From Eledone cirrhosa (lineage: Eukaryota): a stretch of 64,000 bases of DNA. The translations under genes and the position numbers were made by a program. Positions 56,638-64,000 of this stretch are shown in pieces; the stretch's first letter is position 1; each line of letters begins with the position of its first letter. Below the pieces are notes generated by a model. That model had not been told where the DNA came from, searched no databases, and saw only the letters and a program-made list of their open reading frames with translations. The stretch spans positions 18,104,001 through 18,168,000 of the forward strand of contig OZ024750.1 of assembly GCA_964016885.1 (NCBI GenBank). Reading direction: 5' to 3'.

Positions 56638-57000
56638 TAGTAATAATAATAAATGCGAAGACTAAAATCCAAAGCGGGCTCGATAAGGATAAATATATAT
56701 CAAATATATAAGAACCCTAGAGCAAATATTTATTAAAATAACATTAAAATTTAGCAAAGAATCGCTGCTTTCACCCTTAACGGGATCTTCTTAGTTTCAA
56801 AAGTTCCCGTTAAGGGTGAAAGCAACGATTCTTTGCTTAAACTTTAATCTGTTATTTTAATATATATAGTGAGGTTTTTTACAAAATGAAAAAAAACGAG
56901 GTGTCCTACACGAGTGAAAGTATAAGGAAAAAAGATGAAATCGAAAATGCAATTGTAGTCTTTTTTTATAAAAATACTCCAGTTGCATTTTCGATTTCAT

Positions 57001-57074
<74 letters not shown>

Positions 57075-57236
57075 AGATCAAAAGATGGTTAAATGAGTTC
57101 CATGTATTTTATTACATGGAACTCATTTAACCATCTTTTTATCTTATATATTATGTATACTCCAGTCCTACAAACTGTAGAGTGCTTCTTATCCGATATC
57201 TACATTGCTTTATTGTACTACAATAAAACTCACCTC

Positions 57237-57240
<4 letters not shown>
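56638..57240. mobile_element. Cluster of three different fold-back plus tail elements
   Basis: Inverted repeats at about 56731-56789/56801-56862, 56931-56959/56976-57004 and 57064-57106/57113-57155, separated by (TA)n. Confidence 0.65.
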
Positions 57241-57267
<27 letters not shown>

Positions 57268-57801
57268 ATACAGTTGAGCAAACTGGAACATCGTGAAATA
57301 AAGTGTCTCAAAAACACAATATACTACCAGAAATTGAACTCACCTCTTAACCATCATAAGCCGAATACCCTAACTACTAAACTACACGACCGCACACTTT
57401 GATTATATGCTATATTAGAAATCAGCAGTATTCCATCAGTACATTTTATATATGTGTCAAATTACATTTCATTAAAAGTATGAACACTCTACTTAAATCT
57501 CTTGCGGAAACCTTTAATTGGGGTTAAAAATTAAATCAACGAATGGTGAGTGTTATATAGATGAACTGATATTACGGTGCAGTTTTAATTTCAATCGTAG
57601 ACCTTTGCGTTAACTCAGTGTGCAACCCCCAGCTAAAATCATAGACTTTTTGGTAGCAAGTACTGAAAGCTCCCGGCTAGTCGTTTCTTAATTAACAGCT
57701 GTAGCCATTTTATTTTTATTCACGTGTAACTAATGTCCATAAGCGAGGCATATACACCACATAGCTTCATTCTATCTCACCGTTTATTATTATTTATTTG
57801 T

Positions 57802-58140
57802 TGGTGGATTGGCAGTATCGGTAGAGGGTCGGACGCCATGCCTTCCAGCATAGTTACGTCCCTTTACGATCTGAGTTCAAATCCCGCCGAGGTTGACTTT
57901 GTCTTTCATCCTTACGGGGTCGATAAAATAAAGTACCAGTAATGCACTGGGTAATTGCTGGCCTTGTGCCTAAAGTAGAAACAATTATTATTTATTTGTT
58001 GGTATATAGTTATGGCCCTTTATGTTCTGGGTTCAAATTCCACCGAGGTTAGCTTTTCCTTTCATCCTTACAGGGTCGATAAAGTAAGTACCTGTCACGC
58101 ATTGGGGTAGATTTAATCGACTATCCACTCCTCCAAAATA
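57802..58140 (+). mobile_element. Full S1 SINE with about 20-bp TSD, followed by a diverged long-form copy
   Basis: attattatttatttgttggt occurs before (about 57785) and after (about 57984) the first copy. Confidence 0.9.
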
Positions 58141-58508
58141 TTAATGGTGGCGAAAATAATTACTCAATACTATAGTAGAGATTACTACATTCTTAATGAA
58201 GGCCAAGCTTAAGCCTTGTTACTCTTGAGTTTTTCCTGTGTACTCAGCATGAGATTATGGTAAAAGAAGCAATGTGCCACACAGTATAATAAGACCCAGA
58301 TTGCTGTGGTTGTGAAGCGAACGTCTTAACCACACAAATTACTGGTACATGAAAATATTAATCTGATATAACTCCAAGTTGATTAATACCTGACTTATTG
58401 GAAAGATGACATAAGTAAATGGAAGGTGGGTCAAACGGGAATAGAAATAGAATCCATTCTATCTGTAGTTTACAAAACGGGAAGTTTATCACCACTATGA
58501 TTCTCTCC

Positions 58509-58550
<42 letters not shown>

Positions 58551-59703
58551 GCTGCCAACAACCTTCTAACGGAGGGCTGGGGATGCCGTGGTTGACGATG
58601 CGCAAACACGCGCTCAGGCTGCGGCATCTCTACGTATTCCTCACCGGACAACCGGTGTGGGCCCCGTTCGTGAGGCGAGCCTTCCCACGACTCGTCTCGC
58701 TGACCGAGCTGCAGTCCTGGGTCAAGCAGAGACCGAGGAAAATGGGCGACTGGCACATCCAATGTGCTCAGGCGCTCACAGCCCTCTGGCAGGCGGACCC
58801 AGCGATCAGTGGAGACTCCACTTCGTCATTCTATAGAGGGTTGGTCCGCAGCAAGTGCGACGACGCGCTCGGTGAAACTCTAGGCGTGGAGGAAGATGAA
58901 CTGGCCAGTCTGTTCGGTAGGACCTTCCGCCCGGGACCGATGGACAACTTCCAAAAGTCCCTGGCCTGGCAGTGCTACCGAGGAGCTCTACCAGTTCGAG
59001 ACAAGCTCTACAGACATGGGCGCCCGGGCAGGGACCCTGCAAAAAAGATCTGTCCGAGGTGCGTGCGAGACGAAGAAACCGTCGCGCACGCATTCATACA
59101 CTGCCCGGGCGTCACTGACCTGTGGGGCTATGTAGAACGACTATTGTCGCGGGTGGGACCAATCCAGTTGACCACCGAGTCCATTGTCATGATCAAACCG
59201 CCACCCTCCTTCAAAAACGAAGGAGAGGCGGTTTTCCTTTGTGTGATAGCTATGGCGAAAGAGGTTGTATGGTGGACAAGGTTGAAAGGGCTGAGGTCAG
59301 ACACCTTTCTCTCCGGCCAACAACTGATTCTTTTTTTCAAATACCACTTTGGAAGAAGAATCAGGATGGAGAGAGAGGTGCTGTACCCCAGCAAGTTTTA
59401 TGAAAGGTGGGTGAAAGTGGCGAGAATGGCCCGAGTGAATGGGCCTTCTCTCTATATCAGCCTGTAGGTTGAGGAAAAGGAGGAGGAGAGGAAAGGAGTA
59501 CAAGCTCTTCGTACTCCTGGAGATGAGGGTTGCACATTTTTTTCGGGGGTCTGTGTTACCCATATAAACTGTCTCCCTCTATTGGGGAAAATCGACTAAC
59601 TTTTAAATTCCATCTGTGATAACATTTTACACGTTTTTATTGTATGTAAACTTCCCCCTTTGTATTTGTCCCCTTCTTTTGTGCCCCTGTGGCTAATAAA
59701 GAA
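58551..59703 (+). mobile_element. 5'-truncated L1/Tx1-like LINE: intact ORF2 C-terminus (frame open 58553-59467) plus 3' UTR
   Basis: GGLGMP motif, then zinc-finger-RVT-like W..YRGALPVRDKL.RHG...CPRC...EETVAHAFIHC; AATAAA at the end; (TATC)n on both sides. Confidence 0.85.
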
Positions 59704-59706
59704 ATA

Positions 59707-59739
<33 letters not shown>

Positions 59740-59820
59740 CTATTTAATTACTCTTTTCTTTCCTACATGGACCCTGTCTACCTCCGCCCCACCTTAGTCA
59801 CTCTCTCTCTCTCCACCTAC

Positions 59821-59953
<133 letters not shown>

Positions 59954-60032
59954 TTTAATATGTATGCTATATATATATATATATTATATATATATATATA
60001 TAGAGAGAGAGATATTTAATATGTATGCTATA

Positions 60033-60076
<44 letters not shown>

Positions 60077-60136
60077 GGAGAGAGAGAGATATTTATTATG
60101 TATGCTATATATATATATATATATTTAATATATATG

Positions 60137-60170
<34 letters not shown>

Positions 60171-60466
60171 ACATATATATATCTACATATATATATATAT
60201 ATCTACATATATATATATATATATCTACATATCTTTCTATTTATCTATCTATCTAACTTTTCTTTTTCTTCTTGATTTAATGATTTAATATATTCATTAG
60301 TTCATGTGTCACTATTATAAGTCAGTCGCCAAACACTGCCCAAATAAGCTTGACATAAGGATTATTTGTACAAGTAATAAATATACTTTGGATAGCTATG
60401 ACAAAACAATGAATTGATAATGTCTTCATTTTGAATTCAAGTGTCTATATATATATATATATATAT

Positions 60467-60945
60467 ATAAAATATTAAAAAAATAATGAATAAAACAAAG
60501 AAACAGTTCCTTATATTAAACAAAAAAAGTTCATTATTTGAATGATCGTAAAATAATTGTTTCTACTTTAGGCACAAGGCCAGCAATCACCAGTTCATTA
60601 CTGGTACTTTATTTTATCGACCCCGTAAGGATGAAAGGCAAAGTCAACCTCGGCGGGATTTGAACTCAGATCGTAAAGGGACGTAACTATGCTGGAAAGC
60701 ATGGCGTCCGACCCTCTACCGATACTGCCAATCCACGAAAATAATGAACTTTTTTTGTTTAATATAAGGAACTGTTTCTTTGTTTTATTCATTATTTTTT
60801 TAATATTTTATCTTGACTCTGTATTCCGTTTATCTTTCACCGAAAGTGATTTTTGAATGCATCTCTTCTTTCCATGATATCCGGATTACATTGAGTTCTT
60901 CATACGGATTGGACACTACCGTAAACTTTTGGTAGATTTATCTAC
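60467..60945 (+). mobile_element. Fold-back element (73-bp arms) with S1 SINE inserted in the spacer
   Basis: 60467-60539 vs 60739-60811; SINE at 60553-60737 (-); tail runs to (TA)n at about 60945. Confidence 0.75.
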
Positions 60946-61789
60946 ATATATATATATATATACATTATGAAGAGAGAAGAAACATTTAGATATAATTAGT
61001 AATAAAATGTATCATACCTAAACTGCTCCTAAATTCCTCGACTACGTAGTTTCGTGGCATAAACAAAAACAATATATCATAAAGATATAGAGTCCTTGCG
61101 AGGTCTGCCGACTTATCAAGAGGATACCTCATTTTACTAGTCTCAAGAACGCGTCTACACGACGTGAGAAAGAATCCCAAAAGGCGGAGGGGGAGATAGT
61201 CACGCGATATAACGGTCGAGAAACAGAGCTAAGCCTCTTATAACCCCCAAGAAAATACCACGGAGGCGGAGGGGGTATTTATATCGAGGCCGTAGAAGAG
61301 GTGGTGAAGAAGGCGAGAAGTATGAGTAATGGAAGCTTTCCAGCTGTCCCCACACTTCAAAGATTGCTCGACCAGAGGGAGTTATTAACAATATATTTAG
61401 AAACACACAGATACATGCGGACACACACATATATATATATATATGTAGACATGTATACCGACATGTATGTAAATATGCATACTTCTATGTATATGTGTCT
61501 ATATGAGACTTGCGTACGTCTATGCACAACGGTGTACTTAGTACGCGTGTCAGTGGTGTGTATATATGTGTATCTGTGTATGCCTGCATCTGTGTGTAGA
61601 CGTATACTTTATGTTCATGCATGTATATGTATGCCTGGTAGTGTATATCTATGCGGCATGTTTATATATGATTGTGTTGTGTATGTTCGTTCGTTTGTCT
61701 GAGCGTATGTGTACATGCGTGTGTTTGTTCTGTCTTTGTGTCTGAGTGTATGTGTAGATGAGTGTGTTTGCCTTGTCTTCATGTCTGAG

Positions 61790-62582
61790 TATATGTTTGT
61801 TTTGTCTTCGTGTCTGAGTATATGTGTACATCAGTGTGTTTCCCTTGTCTTCCTGTCTGATTTGTCTGAGTGTCTGAGTATATGTGTACATCAGTGTGTT
61901 TCCCTTGTCTTCCTGTCTGATTTGTCTGAGTGTCTGAGTATATGTGTACATCAGTGTGTTTCCCTTGTCTTCCTGTCTGATTTGTCTGAGTGTCTGAGTA
62001 TATGTGTACATCAGTGTGTTTGCCTTATCTTCCTGTCTGATTTGTCTGAGTGTCTGAGTATATGTGTACATCAGTGTGTTTCCCTTGTCTTCCTGTCTGA
62101 TTTGTCTGAGTGTCTGAGTATATGTGTACATCAGTGTGTTTCCCTTGTCTTCCTGTCTGATTTGTCTGAGTGTCTGAGTATATGTGTACATCAGTGTGTT
62201 TCCCCTTGTCTTCCTGTCTGATTTGTCTGAGTGTCTGAGTATATGTGTACATCAATATGTTTCCCTTGTCTTCCTGTCTGATTTGTCTGAGTGTCTGAGT
62301 ATATGTGTACATCAGTGTGTTTCCCTTGTCTTCCTGTCTGATTTGTCTGAGTGTCTGAGTATATGTGTACATCAGTGTGTTTCCCCTTGTCTTCCTGTCT
62401 GATTTGTCTGAGTGTCTGAGTATATGTGTACATCAATATGTTTCCCTTGTCTTCCTGTCTGATTTGTCTGAGTGTCTGAGTATATGTGTACATCAGTGTG
62501 TTTCCCTTGTCTTCCTGTCTGATTTGTCTGAGTGTCTGAGTGTATGTGTACATCAGTGTGTTTGCCTTATCTTCCTGTCTGA
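61790..62582. repeat. 60-bp minisatellite, about 13 copies
   Basis: Unit tgtctgagtatatgtgtacatcagtgtgtttcccttgtcttcctgtctgatttgtctgag. Confidence 0.95.
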
Positions 62583-62932
62583 GAATATGTGTAGATGAGT
62601 GTGTTTGTTTTGTCTTCGTATTTAGTGTCTTTCATTTCTTTAATTTTATATCTTTTCCTTTTGTTTCTTTGTCTATGTCTTTGTCTGCCTCTGTATTTGT
62701 CCTTCACGTCGTTGTGAATGTCAATTAATTTCATCAGTTGCACTTGTCCGTGTCAGGCCATTCAGTTAGCTGGTACAGTAGGATAATGCACTATAAATCA
62801 ACAGAAGGGACAATAAGATGAAACAAACAGGAAACAACAATATAGAGTATAGGTAATACAATTTCAACGGCCGAAACCGGAGTATAGGGGAAGTGGCAGT
62901 GTAACCTCTGAAAAATAAAAGAAGAGAAAACA

Positions 62933-63258
62933 AAAGCAAAGAAGAAGAAAAGAACAAAGGAGAAGAAAAGAGCAAAGGAGAAGAAAAGAGCAAAGATGAA
63001 AAAAGCAAAGGAGAAGAAACGAGCAAAGGAGAAGAAAAGAGCAAAGGAGAAGAAAAGAGCAAAGGAGAAGAAAAAGAGCAAAGGAGAAGAAAAAGAGCAA
63101 AGGAAAAGAAAAGAGCAAAGGAGAAGAAAAAGAGCAAAGGAGAAGAAAAAGAGCAAAGGAGAAGAAACGAGCAAAGGAGAAGAAAAGAGCAAAGGAAAAG
63201 AAAAGAGCAAAGGAGAAGAAAAAGAGCAAAGGAGAAGAAAAAGAGCAAAGGAGAGGAA
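62933..63258. repeat. Purine-rich about 19-20-bp minisatellite
   Basis: Unit gagcaaaggagaagaaaa(a). Confidence 0.9.
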
Positions 63259-64000
63259 AAAATGAAAGAGACAACCAAACAAATAAAAATGGAAAAAAAA
63301 AGAAAGAAAATTCGTTACATTTAAGCCAACGTGTTAGATAATTTCACGCATATATGTCCGCGGCAAAGAAGTACATTTAAATTTGATTCTTCAGAAATGT
63401 TGATTAGAAGATAGAATTACCATCTTGGCATTGAGGTATTACGGTACATAAGAAATAATACAAGGTGTTTCTCTCGGTTTCCTTCGCCCTGAAAACTGAC
63501 AGACTGACAAACAAACAAAAAAGAAGATGAATTTATGGTTATCTAAAGATATCTATAAGAACTAGATAAATTAATTTGAGTGCATATTTCTTTTGTTGAA
63601 AATGACCCCTTATTTTCTTATTTTCTATCCCCTACCTAGGATTGCTTAATATTATTTTTATTTACATTTTTTGTTTTGTGTTTTTTTTTCTGTGTGTGTG
63701 TGTGTTTTTTTTTTTATTAATCTACCGTACACCCTTTCCCCTTATATATCTTTCTTAATACAACCACATCTGTTACGACTTTATATTACACGGCCACCTT
63801 AAGTCACACACCAATATCATGCCTCAGCTATGTGTATACTATTATGTGTATACTATTATTCAAGCATCATGATTCTAGCAGTGGAAGGCAAAAGCAAGAT
63901 TCAAAGAAGAAAAGAAACAAGCACTACAAACATGAATACTGTTCAACATTAAGGTCAAGTAATTTTTAAAACTCAAGTATGACATTTGTAGAAATTTGTG

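Noticed and set aside
58583-59467. Host gene interpretation of the 294-aa ORF
   Set aside because: The frame is 5'-truncated at a microsatellite, carries LINE zinc-finger motifs, and its 3' end is repeated twice elsewhere in the window.

Overview
AT-rich, repeat-dominated eukaryotic genomic DNA with no supportable host protein-coding gene, so probably intronic or intergenic. The repeat landscape resembles a coleoid cephalopod (octopus) genome; this is an inference. Nearly all listed ORFs are artefacts of (TA)n, (CA)n or trinucleotide repeats. Real content: about 30 copies of a tRNA-derived SINE, a second older SINE, decayed non-LTR retrotransposon fragments (CRE/RLE-type, R4-like, RTE, and an L1/Tx1-like element found three times inside (TATC)n), several MITE families and six minisatellites. 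The most notable signal is a set of short non-coding elements in or next to (TA)n tracts. They carry minimal type I hammerhead-ribozyme motifs (CUGANGA, stem II, GAAA, stem III, UH; five families with a recognisable core plus one half-motif family) and/or a 'fold-back palindrome + unique tail' architecture, as expected for Penelope-like/retrozyme-type non-autonomous elements. In one family the palindrome arms are perfectly matched within each copy although the copies differ from each other. All coordinates and pairings were read by eye, and repeat boundaries are approximate.
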